From positions 4,774,001 through 4,838,000 of the forward strand of contig OZ024756.1 of the NCBI GenBank assembly GCA_964016885.1: 64,000 nucleotides of DNA, written 5' to 3'. The stretch comes from Eledone cirrhosa (taxonomy: Eukaryota). The notes under the pieces were generated by a model. The model was not told the DNA's origin. It did no database searches and worked only from the letters and a program-made list of their open reading frames with translations. A program made the translations under genes and the position numbers. This document shows, in pieces, positions 1 to 14,200 of the stretch (the stretch's first letter is position 1; each line of letters starts with the position of its first letter).

Positions 1-427
1 TATATCATAGAGATGTAACATTGTTGTGAGGTAAGCCAGCTTTTCAAGGTAACACTTCGGGAAAAGACACCTTCTAGACACGTCTGAAACATGCGAGAAA
101 ATTTCAAAAAGGTGGAGGGAGATACTATCACGTGATACACCGGTCAAGAAAGGGGACTAAATCCCTTGTAGCAGTGAAAAATATCTCAGAAGGCGGAGGG
201 GGATATTGATATGGTACAGAGGCTACAGAGGAGTGGTAAGGTTGACTGAAAGTGTATATAGTGCTTGCTTGAAAGCAGTTACTATACTTCCGTGGTTACT
301 CTACCGTGAGGGAGTTAGAGACAATAATGAGAGGTATACAGATATATGTGCATACATACATATACATGTATATATACACATATATACATGTGTATGTATG
401 TATACACATATATGTGTGTGTACCTGT

Positions 428-600
428 GGATTGGCAGCGGACGCCATGCTTTGGAACAAAGAGTTACGGCCCTTTATGGTCTGAGTTCAAATCCCGCCAA
501 GGTTAACTTTGCCTTTCATCCTTACGGGGTCGATAAAATAAAGCACCAGTAATTCACTGGGATAATTGCTGGCTTTGTGCCAAATATAGAAACAATTATT
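428..600 (+). mobile_element. tRNA-derived SINE, family A, copy 1 (partly deleted head)
   Basis: B-box-like GAGTTCAAATCC followed by the core AACTTTGCCTTTCATCCTTACGGGGTCGATAAAATAAAG, shared with three other copies in the window; ends in (ATT)n/(TA)n. Confidence 0.75.
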
Positions 601-608
601 ATTATTAT

Positions 609-645
<37 letters not shown>

Positions 646-648
<3 letters not shown>

Positions 649-1295
649 GTAGAATAATCGAGTATCGAAAAATCGGCGCACGAGTTCACGATAAACAAAA
701 TTCGATAAGAGCGGCAGAGGGCTCAATAATTTATATAGAGCTATAACTATCGTTAAAATACCGTCACACATAGAACAAGTCTATAATCAACCATACAACC
801 GAAAAATTGTGATCTGGAAGATTCGGGACACTCAGATAAAAAAATCAATAAATCAATAAATCAAATGAATGTAAAAAGCATACCCGGACCCGCTAGAAAG
901 ATGGTAAATGTAGCTTCTTGGGTTTCTGTAAATCCTTAAACTGTCCTCTATCAGCTCACATAAAAATATATAAGACTTCTAGGTGCCAGCGGACGGGAGT
1001 TTACTTCCTCAACGAGCTTTGTCCAAACGAATGAAAAGGCATAACCCAGGCTAAATACGCACATGGAATTCATCAAGGGAGATAACCTCTATATCCGCGA
1101 AAAATATTCGGGAAAATGTGGAAATACACATATCGAATAAGAGTGCTCAATAGACATGTTAAAATAAACAGGAGCTATTCATCATTTAATAGAATCGACA
1201 AAAAATGAACAATAAAATTAACTGGTCAATAGCTAGGTCTAGAGCTAAATATAGTAGAATAATCGAGTATCGAAAAATCGGCGCACGAGTTCACG

Positions 1296-1298
<3 letters not shown>
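646..1298 (+). mobile_element. Degenerate element bounded by a 48-bp direct repeat, possibly a Penelope-like remnant
   Basis: ATAGTAGAATAATCGAGTATCGAAAAATCGGCGCACGAGTTCACGATA occurs at 646-693 and 1251-1298, with (TA)n on both outer sides. The interior (~945-1050) gives broken peptides PLSAHIKIYK..C and RALSKRMKRHNP, weakly reminiscent of a GIY-YIG motif. Confidence 0.4.
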
Positions 1299-1363
<65 letters not shown>

Positions 1364-1378
1364 GTATAATATAATATA

Positions 1379-1582
1379 GGGCAGTAGAATCGGTAGAGCG
1401 TCCGACCCCATGCTTCGCATCATAGAGTTACAACTCTTTACGGTCTGAGTTCTCTGAGGTTAGCTTTGCCTTTCATCCTTGCGGGGTCGATAAAATAAAG
1501 TACCAGTAACGTACTGAGGTTGATTTAATCGACTTTCGTCTCACCCAAAATTATTGGCCTTGTGTCTATAGTAGAAACCATT
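1379..1582 (+). mobile_element. tRNA-derived SINE, family A, copy 2
   Basis: A-box-like GCAGTAGAATCGG head, core CTTTGCCTTTCATCCTTGCGGGGTCGATAAAATAAAGTACCAG and 3' end GGCCTTGTGTC..AGTAGAAAC; lies between (TA)n tracts. Confidence 0.75.
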
Positions 1583-1792
1583 ATATATATATATATATAT
1601 ATATAAATGAAGTAATTCCGTCGGAAAGGTCCAGGAAAAAAGAGTGCTCTATGTAGGTAACAGAGCTTAATAGTTATGTAATAAACAACATAAGGCAATT
1701 ATTCCATTTACCATTTGCTTTCAATCCTCAGAATGAAAAAATCCTGGTCTGTTTATTGAATTTGGATTTTTATTTTTTATTTTTATTTATTT

Positions 1793-1900
<108 letters not shown>

Positions 1901-2048
1901 ATTTAAAACTGCACTATCCACAAGTGTTTTTAACCTTCAAATCATGTCCTATTTTATCTGATGAAAACACAAATGTTATTGCATGATGATATTTGTTTTT
2001 GAAATGCGCATAATAAAATACATGGAACTCATTTAACCATCTTTTGAT

Positions 2049-3262
<1,214 letters not shown>

Positions 3263-3264
<2 letters not shown>

Positions 3265-3453
3265 GCGGAGGATTGGCAGTATCGGTAGAAGGTTGGACGC
3301 CATGCTTTGATGCGTTGAGTTACGTCCCTTTATGATCTGAGTTCAAATCCCGCCGAGGTTAACTTTGCCTTTCATCCTTACGAGGTCGATAAAATAAAGT
3401 ACCAGTAATACACCGGGATAATTGCTGACCTTGTGCCAAAAGTAGAAACAATT
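3263..3453 (+). mobile_element. tRNA-derived SINE, family A, copy 3 (near full length)
   Basis: A box TGGCAGTATCGG, B box GAGTTCAAATCC, core GCCTTTCATCCTTACGAGGTCGATAAAATAAAGTACCAG and tail AGAAACAATTA(TA)n. Confidence 0.8.
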
Positions 3454-3902
3454 ATATAATATATATATATATAGTATTTTATTGTTAAACTTTGGGAGGG
3501 TCATGTTGCCAATAAGAAACACACGTACCAGTTGCTTTCACATCAATTTATTATAAATTAAATTTATAAATTTCCGGTTGGTTGGTTGGTTCCACAACCA
3601 GACGATTGTTCATATATTGTCAAAGTTCTTTCGTCACATATTCTGTGACCTCTTCAGTGACTTGGATTCTTTTCTTTGTTTTTGTGCCTCCCCTTTGTTC
3701 TCTCCTACGCCATCTTGTTTTTGTGTGTGTTGTTTGCTTAGTTTGCGCATGTGTTACATCCGGGTGTCTGTGTGTGTTTATATTTGTTTATTTATTTGTT
3801 TATTTACATGTTACTGGTTGTTTGCATAACAATATCGGTTTCAACACACGTTTTCAGATAAAGAATCTTGCTAAACAAATTCAGAAACGAAATATAGTAT
3901 TT

Positions 3903-3958
3903 TATATATACATATAATATTATATATTATTATATAATAGTATATGTATATATATATA

Positions 3959-4033
<75 letters not shown>

Positions 4034-4076
4034 CACACATACATAAATATATACACAGTCACACACATGTACGTAT

Positions 4077-4137
<61 letters not shown>
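3903..4137. repeat. Compound (TA)n/(CA)n microsatellite
   Basis: Directly visible. Confidence 0.92.
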
Positions 4138-4140
<3 letters not shown>

Positions 4141-4306
4141 ATACAATAACAGAGATAGCTTAAAGCTAAACTCTGACTGGTAACCATCTCACTCAACAAA
4201 CATTAGGTTATATGTTAGTATAAACCCAATTTAAGTGTTTGGGGTGCTAACTATATGTATTATGTGGAAAGCCAGTTGTATTATTTTATGAGATATAATT
4301 AAAGTT

Positions 4307-4357
<51 letters not shown>

Positions 4358-4540
4358 TGGCTGCCAACTCGTTTTCGAGTACGGCCACTACTTTATATCC
4401 ATGTAGGAGAACCCCTACCGATGCGCTGAACGAGTGTGACTTTTTAGTCTAGCCAGCGACTTGAAAACTCTGGTACAAACACTACACTTGTGACAATTAT
4501 TGACACACAGTGCTGGGCCCATGGTACCATGTGACGACAA

Positions 4541-4587
<47 letters not shown>

Positions 4588-5204
4588 TTATGCATACATA
4601 CTTTTACAACACACGTTTTATATAACGTTTCAACATTAGAAAAGAAAAAAGAAAAAAACAAGCTAAATTCCCATTACAGACTTATGTAAATATTCACCTC
4701 TTCGTCTGTTGTCAATTTAGCCATTTTTTGGCGACATGTGATGCTGGTTTGAACAATGGACGCATGTAGGCGCCAGTCGAAATACTTATAGAGACGATTG
4801 TGGAACGTAAAATTAGGTTGGAATTTCATTCGTACCACTAACCTTAATAAATGGCTCTATTTATAAGGTTTTAGAATTTCTATACAACAAAATACACAGT
4901 TGGTAAGAAACTACATAGAGAAATCTAAACTAATTTTCAACACCATTGGAATGTCAATTGACGTATTAGAAAGAAAACAAAAGTAAATAAATAAAAGAAA
5001 AATGAATTAAATAATAATAATATTAATAATGATTTCTTTATTGCTCACTAATGCCGGAACACAAAGGAAAATACCAATGAAGAGGAACGGTGGAGGTTAC
5101 ATGAATCGAGTAAATAGAATAGAATTAGGTAACAAAGGTGTTGTTGTTACAGCTCACACCTATGCAGGTTTAGCTGGCCTCCTCCATGGTATATCGCGTT
5201 GGAG

Positions 5205-5358
5205 GTGCCTTATCTCATTTCTACAGCTGAGTAAACTGGAGCAACGTGAAATAAAGTGTCTTGCTCAAGGAAACAACACATCACCCGGTCCGAGAATTGA
5301 ACTCACAACCTTTCGATTGCAAGCCCAATGCTCTAACCATTAAGCCATTCGCCTTCAC
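5205..5358 (-). mobile_element. tRNA-derived SINE, family B (CORE/MIR-like motif), partial
   Basis: Minus strand reads GGCTTAATGGTTAGAGCATTGGGC (A box), GAGTTCAATTC (B box), then CCTTGAGCAAGACACTTTATTTCACGTTGCTCCAGT; homologous to 6678-6990. Confidence 0.7.
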
Positions 5359-5785
5359 AGGTAACATAGGTAACAAAGTAAAAAGAAGTAAATTTATGAT
5401 GACATAATTCCCCAATAGAGAGGTGGACCAGCTCAGTGGCATCAAAAAGAACAACACTTTAAATGAAGGACGGGTTACTCACCACCTGCATTGAAATTTG
5501 AAACTAAATATTGGCTAAATAAATATATGAGGACATTTTTTAAGAAACAGAAAGAAAGTGATGTCCGAACAAGTATCCCTCACCTCCAACTAACTTACCC
5601 TCTACCTCTAGGTTGCGGCTGACAGGAAAGAGAATATATGAATACATTGCCCCGGAGGACAGTTAAGGAAATGCGCTGGAACAGCCACTCTACGTTCCGG
5701 GGCTTGCACTTGCGAACAGCCAACAAATCACTAAAATCCTTTATCAAAAAGAAGACAAGTTTTATACTTCTTCTTCTTCGCCAAC

Positions 5786-6180
5786 TTATTCCGGAGGTTC
5801 GTGGGGGTAGATCCGTCAATAACTCCGTCCAATGGGTCCTGTCAGAAGCAACCGTTTGTAACTGGTCCAGCTGATCAGGTTTCAGACTTCTTCTATGCCC
5901 ACTTATTCAAATGGGCCCTGTCAGAAGCAACAGTTTCCTACAGATCCAGCTGATCAGCTTTTAGACTTAAGACTAAAATAGTAATTTAATATAAGTTTCA
6001 TATTTATGAATTCGTAAAATAAAAGATACATTATTTTTCTCAGCGTAGTTGTCCACTATTATATATTGTTTTGAAGAACACTAAAACCTGATCAGCTGGA
6101 CAAGTTACAAACGATTGCTTCTGACAGGACCCATTGGACGGAGTGTTTGACGGATCTGCTCCCACGAATCTCCGGAATAA
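5786..6180. mobile_element. MITE / fold-back element with ~97-bp terminal inverted repeats
   Basis: 5786-5882 (TTATTCCGGAGGTTCGTGGG...CAGCTGATCAGGTTT) is the near-perfect reverse complement of 6084-6180; non-coding AT-rich interior with a partial internal copy of the left TIR at ~5910-5968. Confidence 0.8.
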
Positions 6181-6185
6181 AGAAG

Positions 6186-6376
6186 GGCAGTGGATTGGCA
6201 GTATCGGTAGAGGGTCGGACGCCATGCTTTGATGCATAGAGTTACGGCGCTTGCCATTCTGAGTTCAAATCCTGCCGAGGTTAACTTTGCCTTTCATCCT
6301 TACAGGGTTGATAAAATAAAGTACCAGTAATACACCGGGTAATTGCTGGCCTTGTGCCAAAAGTAGAAACAATTAT
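6186..6376 (+). mobile_element. tRNA-derived SINE, family A, copy 4
   Basis: Same A box, B box and core as 3263-3453. Confidence 0.8.
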
Positions 6377-6677
6377 TTATTGTTTTGCACTTCACATACA
6401 ACAATATACTATTGTCTCCGAAGCTTTTATTTGAACCTAAAACAACATATAATAATAGACTTGTAAAAAGGAAATCTAGTAGCTTTCACATCACAACTAC
6501 ATCACCACCAGCTTTCTCACTTAATACTAATAGTATATTCGAAACAGATTTGAAATAAATACAATGTAACGAAACCTTCCAAACTTTTCACATTGGGTGA
6601 CTCATTACTTTTTAAAAATAATACTTTCCGTGGCTTATAAATATTTTTTAGCGACATTGAATTTTTGACTGGCACTC

Positions 6678-6990
6678 CGTCGGTTACGACGATGAGTGTT
6701 ACGGTTGAACCGATCAACGAAGCAGCTTGTTCGTGAAATTAACGTGCAAGCAGCTGAGCATTCCACAGACACGCGTACTCCTAACGTAGTTCTCAGGAAG
6801 ATTCCGCGTGACACAGAATATGACAAGGCTGACCTTTCGAATTACAGATACAACTCATTTTTGCTTGCTGAGTGGACTGGAGTAACATGAAATAGAGTGT
6901 CTTGCTGAAGGACACAACGCGCCGCCGGAATTGAACTAACGACCTTACGATTGTGAGCCGAATACCCTAACCAGAAAGCCACACACCTCC
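6678..6990 (-). mobile_element. tRNA-derived SINE, family B, near full length
   Basis: Minus-strand tRNA-like head (GTGGCTTTCTGGTTAGGGTATTCGGC...TAGTTCAATTCCGG), then CCTTCAGCAAGACACTCTATTTCATGTTACTCCAGTCCACTCAGC and a longer 3' body; resembles abundant octopus SINEs (from memory). Confidence 0.72.
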
Positions 6991-7659
6991 ACGACACAGA
7001 ATTAATGAACAATTAAACATCATATCGCGTGTCACAACTCACGTAGCTAATGGAGAACAACATTTATCGCTGCAGTATATAATGATAATAATATTTATAT
7101 GAAAAACAAAAAGGGATTAAAGTATTAAACAGGATAAGAGAAAGACAAGGGGAGGATTAGATTTATGAAAAAAAGAGGGAGAGGGCAAGCAAGATATATC
7201 TCAGCTGCACTCTGGGGAAATTGAAGTATTGTCACAGGGAACAACCACTGATACCCACTGCATCAGCCATTCCACCTGACGGCGTTTATTCTTCTGGCGA
7301 GATCTACTTCTTCCGATCTGGGGAGGGAAAATGTCAGTCCTGGGACCGAGGACACCAGGAAATCTATACACAAAAAGGAAATGGTCAGTAAAATCCCGGT
7401 GTCTGGATATTTTACGTGGCAATGTTATGGTTTTTGTCCGAAGGGACAAGATAATTGTTAATTGATATATAATTTAATATCGTGTGTTACCAGTCACATA
7501 GCTAACTGTATGCTGAGTTATAGGATCTCAAATATATTTCATAGCCAAATATTCGTATATATTGATCAGATTAAACTTAATCCCGCAACACACCCAGAGA
7601 TTATCGTTGACAAACTAAAGTGTCACGGCGGCACACAGGTTGAAAACCTCTGCCTTAGA

Positions 7660-8013
7660 GTACACTGTTACTGGTTTGCAATTAGGACTACACAAAGGAG
7701 CTTTTGGCGTGTCCCCTTCACAAACGAGAAGGTTATAGAAATGGTTCAGGGTATCACCATGGTATGAAGGCGGAAAATGCTTTGACATGCGCTACACTTA
7801 ACCACGAAAGTCAGCAAGAAAGCATAAAAGGCAAGTGAGACGCGTCAAGAACTGGTTGGGGCCTGTGGAGGAATATCTTGAAGACACGAGCCTGGCCTGG
7901 CTAATATCTCCAAGATATTTAAGATGACTTGTATTTAAGCAGAAAAACAAATTTCCCTCGGATACTACACATTGATCTTAGCGATGAGGCCAAGAGGAAG
8001 AAGAAGAAGAAGA
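7660..8013 (+). mobile_element. Possible degenerate 3' fragment of an RTE-type LINE
   Basis: Peptide RSFWRVPFTNEKV resembles the RTE C-terminal R.LRI.W....TNEEV motif; ends in a (GAA)n tail at ~7997-8012. Weak. Confidence 0.3.
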
Positions 8014-8073
8014 CGAAATCAAATAAAAATAACTTAACTAAAATATAAGCTGAACTTACAAAATAAAACAGTT

Positions 8074-11000
8074 TAGTGTGTGGTACTGAGTTAAATATCT
8101 TTATATAGTGTGTGGTACTGAGTTAAATATCTTTATATAGTGTGTGGTACTGTGGTAAATATCTTTATATAGTGTGTGGTACTGTGGTAAATATCTTTAT
8201 ATAGTGTGTGGTACTGTGTTAATATCTTTATATAGTGTGTGGTACTGTGTTAAATATCTTTATATAGTGTGTGGTACTGTGGTAAATATCTTTATACAGT
8301 GTGTGGTACTGTGTTAAATATCTTTATATAGTGTGTGGTACTGTGTTAAATATCTTTATATAGTGTGTGGTACTGTGTTAAATATCTTTATATAGTGTGT
8401 GGTACTGAGTTAAATATCTTTATATAGTGTGTGGTACTGTGTTAAATATCTTTATATAGTGTGCGGTACTGAGTTAAATATCTTTATATAGTGTGTGGTA
8501 CTGAGTTAAATGTCTTTATATAGTGTGTGGTACTGTGGTAAATATCTTTATATAGTGTGTGGTACTGTGGTAAATATCTTTATATAGTGTGTGGTACTGA
8601 GTTAAATATCTTTATATAGTGTGTGGTACTGCGTTAAATATCTTTATATAGTGTGTGGTACTGTGTTAAATATCTTTATATAGTGTGTGGTACTCTGTTA
8701 AATATCTTTATATAGTGTGTGGTACTGAGTTAAATATCTTTATATAGTGTGTGGTACTGTGTTAATATCTTTATATAGTGTGTGGTACTAAGTTAAATAT
8801 CTTTATATAGTGTGTGGTACTGTGTTAATTATCTTTATATAGTGTGTGGTACTGAGTTAAATATCTTTTTATAGTGTGTGGTACTGTGTTAATATCTTTA
8901 TATAGTGTGTGGTACTGTGTTAAATATCTTTATATAGTGTGTGGTACTGAGTTAAATATCTTTATATAGTGTGTGGTACTTATTTAAATATCTTTATATA
9001 GTGTGTGGTACTGTGTTAAATATCTTTATATAGTGTGTGGTACTGTGTTAAATATCTTTATATAGTGTGTGGTACTGTGGTAAATATCTTTATACAGTGT
9101 GTGGTACTGTGTTAAATATCTTCATATAGTGTGTGGTACTGTGTTAAATATCTTTATATAGTGTGTGGTACTGTGTTAAATATCTTTATATAGTGTGTGG
9201 TACTGTGTTAAATATCTTTATATAGTGTGTGGTACTGTGTTAAATATCTTTATATAGTGTGTGGTACTGTGGTAAATATCTTTATATAGTGTGTGGTACT
9301 GTGGTAAATATCTTTATATAGTGTGTGGTACTGTGGTAAATATCTTTATATAGTGTGTGGTACTGAATTAAATATCTTTATATAGTGTGTGGTACTGAGT
9401 TAAATATCTTTATATAGTGTGTGGTACTGTCGTAAATATCTTTATATAGTGTGTGGTACTGTGGTAAATATCTTTATATAGTGTGTGGTACTGAGTTAAA
9501 TATCTTTATATAGTGTGTGGTACTGTGTTAATATCTTTATATAGTGTGTGGTACTGAGTTAAATATCTTTATATAGTGTGTGGTACTGTGTTAAATATCT
9601 TTATATAGTGTGTGGTACTGAGTTAAATATCTTTATATAGTGTGTGGTACTGTGTTAAATATCTTTATATAGTGTGTGGTACTGTGTTAATATCTTTATA
9701 TAGTGTGTGGTACTGTGTTAAATATCTTTATATAGTGTGTGGTACTGAGTTAAATATCTTTATATATTGTGTGGTACTGTGTTAATATCTTTATATAGTG
9801 TGTGGTAGTGTGTTAGATATCTTTATATAGTGTGTGGTACTGAGTTAAATATCTTTATATAGTGTGTGGTACTGTGTTAAATATCTTTATATAGTGTGCG
9901 GTACTGTGGTAAATATCTTTATATAGTGTGTGGTACTGTGTTAAATATCTTTATATAGTGTGTGGTACTGTGTTAAATATCTTTATATAGTGTGTGGTAC
10001 TGTGGTAAATATCTTTATACAGTGTGTGGTACTGTGGTAAATATATGTATATAGTGTGTGGTACTGTGGTAAATATCTTTATATAGTGTGTGGTACTGTG
10101 GTAAATATCTTTATATAGTGTGTGGTACTGTGGTAAATATCTTTATATAGTGTGTGGTACTGTGGTAAATATCTTTATATAGTGTGTGGTACTGTGGTAA
10201 ATATCTTTATATAGTGTGTGGTACTCAGTTAAGTATCTTTATATAGTGTGTGGTACTGTGGTAAATATCTTTATATAGTGTGTGGTACTGTGGTAAATAT
10301 CTTTATATAGTGTGTGGTACTGAGTTAAATATCTTTATATAGTGTGTGGTACTGTGGTAAATATCTTTATATAGTGTGTGGTACTGAGTTAAATATCTTT
10401 ATATAGTGTGTGGTACTGTGGTAAATATCTTTATATAGTGTGTGGTACTGAGTTAAATATCTTTATATAGTTTGTGGTACTGTGGTAAATATCTTTATAT
10501 AGTGTGTGGTACTGTGTTAAATATCTTTATATAGTGTGTGGTACTGTGTTAAATATCTTTATATAGTGTGTGGTACTGTGGTAAATATCTTTATATAGTG
10601 TGTGGTACTGTGGTAAATATCTTTATAGAGTGTGTGGTACTGTGTTAAATATCTTTATATAGTGTGTGGTACTGAGTTAAATATCTTTATATAGTGTGTG
10701 GTACTGTGTTAAATATCTTTATATAGTGTGTGGTACTGAATTAAATATCTTTATATAGTGTGTGGTACTGAGTTAAATATCTTTATATAGTGTGTGGTAC
10801 TGTCGTAAATATCTTTATATAGTGTGTGGTACTGTGGTAAATATCTTTATATAGTGTGTGGTACTGAGTTAAATATCTTTATATAGTGTGTGGTACTGTG
10901 TTAATATCTTTATATAGTGTGTGGTACTGAGTTAAATATCTTTATATAGTGTGTGGTACTGTGTTAAATATCTTTATATAGTGTGTGGTACTGAGTTAAA

Positions 11001-14000
11001 TATCTTTATATAGTGTGTGGTACTGTGTTAAATATCTTTATATAGTGTGTGGTACTGTGTTAATATCTTTATATAGTGTGTGGTACTGTGTTAAAAATCT
11101 TTATATAGTGTGTGGTACTGTGTTAATATCTTTATATAGTGTGTGGTACTGCGTTAAATATCTTTATATAGTGTGTGGTACTGTGTTAAATATCTTTATA
11201 TAGTGTGTGGTGCTGTGGTAAATATCTTTATATAGTGTGTGGTACTGAGTTAAATATCTTTATATAGTGTGTGGTACTGTGTTAATATCTTTATATAGTG
11301 TGTGGTACTGTGTTAAATATCTTTATATAGTGTGTGGTACTGTGTTAAATATCTTTATATAGTGTGTGGTACTGTGTTAAATATCTTTATATAGTGTGCG
11401 GTACTGTGGTAAATATCTTTATATAGTGTGTGGTACTGTGTTAAATATCTTTATATAGTGTGTGGTACTGTGTTAAATATCTTTATATAGTGTGTGGTAC
11501 TGTGGTAAATATCTTTATACAGTGTGTGGTACTGTGGTAAATATATGTATATAGTGTGTGGTACTGTGGTAAATATCTTTATATAGTGTGTGGTACTGTG
11601 GTAAATATCTTTATATAGTGTGTGGTACTGTGGTAAATATCTTTATATAGTGTGTGGTACTGTGGTAAATATCTTTATATAGTGTGTGGTACTGTGGTAA
11701 ATATCTTTATATAGTGTGTGGTACTCAGTTAAGTATCTTTATATAGTGTGTGGTACTGTGGTAAATATCTTTATATAGTGTGTGGTACTGCGGTAAATAT
11801 CTTTATATAGTGTGTGGTACTGAGTTAAATATCTTTATATAGTGTGTGGTACTGTGGTAAATATCTTTATATAGTGTGTGGTACTGAGTTAAATATCTTT
11901 ATATAGTGTGTGGTACTCAGTAAAATATCTTTATATAGTGTGTGGTACTGAGTTAAATATCTTTATATAGTTTGTGGTACTGTGGTAAATATCTTTATAT
12001 AGTGTGTGGTACTGTGTTAAATATCTTTATATAGTGTGTGGTACTGTGTTAAATATCTTTATATAGTGTGTGGTACTGTGGTAAATATCTTTATATAGTG
12101 TGTGGTACTGTGGTAAATATCTTTATAGAGTGTGTGGTACTGTGTTAAATATCTTTATATAGTGTGTGGTACTGAGTTAAATATCTTTATATAGTGTGTG
12201 GCACTGTGTTAAATATCTTTATATAGTGTGTGGTACTGAATTAAATATCTTTATATAGTGTGTGGTACTGAGTTAAATATCTTTATATAGTGTGTGGTAC
12301 TGTCGTAAATATCTTTATATAGTGTGTGGTACTGTGGTAAATATCTTTATATAGTGTGTGGTACTGAGTTAAATATCTTTATATAGTGTGTGGTACTGTG
12401 TTAATATCTTTATATAGTGTGTGGTACTGAGTTAAATATCTTTATATAGTGTGTGGTACTGTGTTAAATATCTTTATATAGTGTGTGGTACTCAGTTAAA
12501 TATCTTTATATAGTGTGTGGTACTGTGTTAAATATCTTTATATAGTGTGTGGTACTGTGTTAATATCTTTATATAGTGTGTGGTACTGTGTTAAAAATCT
12601 TTATATAGTGTGTGGTACTGAGTTAAATATCTTTATATAGTGTGTGGTACTGTGTTAATATCTTTATATAGTGTGTGGTACTGTGTTAAATATCTTTATA
12701 TAGTGTGTGGTACTGAGTTAAATATCTTTATATAGTGTGTGGTACTGTGTTAATATCTTTATATAGTGTGTGGTACTGCGTTAAATATCTTTATATAGTG
12801 TGTGGTACTGTGTTAAATATCTTTATATAGTGTGTGGTGCTGTGGTAAATATCTTTATATAGTGTGTGGTACTGTGTTAAATATCTTTATATAGTGTGTG
12901 GTACTGTGTTAAATATCTTTATATAGTGTGTGGTACTTTGGTAAATATCTTTATACAGTGTGTGGTACTGTGGTAAATATATGTATATAGTGTGTGGTAC
13001 TGTGGTAAATATCTTTATATAGTGTGTGGTACTGTGGTAAATATCTTTATATAGTGTGTGGTACTGTGGTAAATATCTTTATATAGTGTGTGGTACTGTG
13101 GTAAATATCTTTATATAGTGTGTGGTACTCAGTTAAGTATCTTTATATAGTGTGTGGTACTGTGGTAAATATCTTTATATAGTGTGTGGTACTGTGGTAA
13201 ATATCTTTATATAGTGTGTGGTACTGAGTTAAATATCTTTATATAGTGTGTGGTACTGTGGTAAATATCTTTATATAGTGTGTGGTACTGAGATAAATAT
13301 CTTTATATAGTGTGTGGTACTCAGTAAAATATCTTTATATAGTGTGTGGTACTGAGTTAAATATCTTTATATAGTGTGTGGTACTGAGTTAAATATCTTT
13401 ATATAGTGTGTGGTACTGTGGTAAATATCTTTATATAGTGTGTGGTACTGTGGTAATTATCTTTATATAGTGTGTGGTACTCAGTTAAGTATCTTTATAT
13501 AGTGTGTGGTACTGTGGTAAATATCTTTATATAGTGTGTGGTACTGTGTTAAATATCTTTATATAGTGTGTGGTACTGTGGTAAATATCTTTATATAGTG
13601 TGTGGTACTGTGGTAAATATCTTTATATAGTGTGTGGTACTGCGTTAAATATCTTTATATAGTGTGTGGTACTGTGTTAAATATCTTTATATAGTGTGTG
13701 GTACTGAGTTAAATATCTTTATATAGTGTGTGGTACTGTGGTAAATATCTTTATATAGTGTGTGGTACTGTGTTAAATATCTTTATATAGTGTGTGGTAC
13801 TGTGTTAAATATATTTATATAGTGTGTGGTACTGTGGTAAATATCTTTATATAGTGTGTGGTACTGTGTTAAATATCTTTATATAGTGTGTGGTACTGAG
13901 TTAAATATCTTTATATAGTGTGTGGTACTGTGGTAAATATCTTTATATAGTGTGTGGTACTGAGTTAAATATCTTTATATAGTGTGTGGTACTGTGGTAA

Positions 14001-14200
14001 ATATCTTTATATAGTGTGTGGTACTGAGTTAAATATCTTTATATAGCGTGTGGTACTCAGTAAAATATCTTTATATAGTGTGTGGTACTGAGTTAAATAT
14101 CTTTATATAGTGTGTGGTACTGTGGTAAATATCTTTATATAGTGTGTGGTACTGTGGTAAATATCTTTATATAGTGTGTGGTACTGTGGTAAATATCTTT
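8074..14200 (+). repeat. 32-bp satellite array, block 1
   Basis: Head-to-tail TAGTGTGTGGTACTG(T/A)G(T/G)TAAATATCTTTATA; GGTAC recurs every 32 bp, with occasional 31-bp units. Confidence 0.99.

Noticed and set aside
4660-4810. Possible short minus-strand exon (…MAKLTTDEE|GTGAAT)
   Set aside because: Short, with a weak donor, no clear acceptor and no recognisable homology.
3263-6990. tRNA genes suggested by A/B boxes
   Set aside because: The boxes head repeated SINE bodies and no complete cloverleaf is evident.
11015-11203. Cys-rich ORF (WYCVKYLYIVCGTV repeats)
   Set aside because: Satellite translation where 31-bp units happen to skip stop codons.
8074-14200. Canonical telomeric repeat tract
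   Set aside because: No TTAGGG/TTAGG units; the monomer is 32 bp and heterogeneous.
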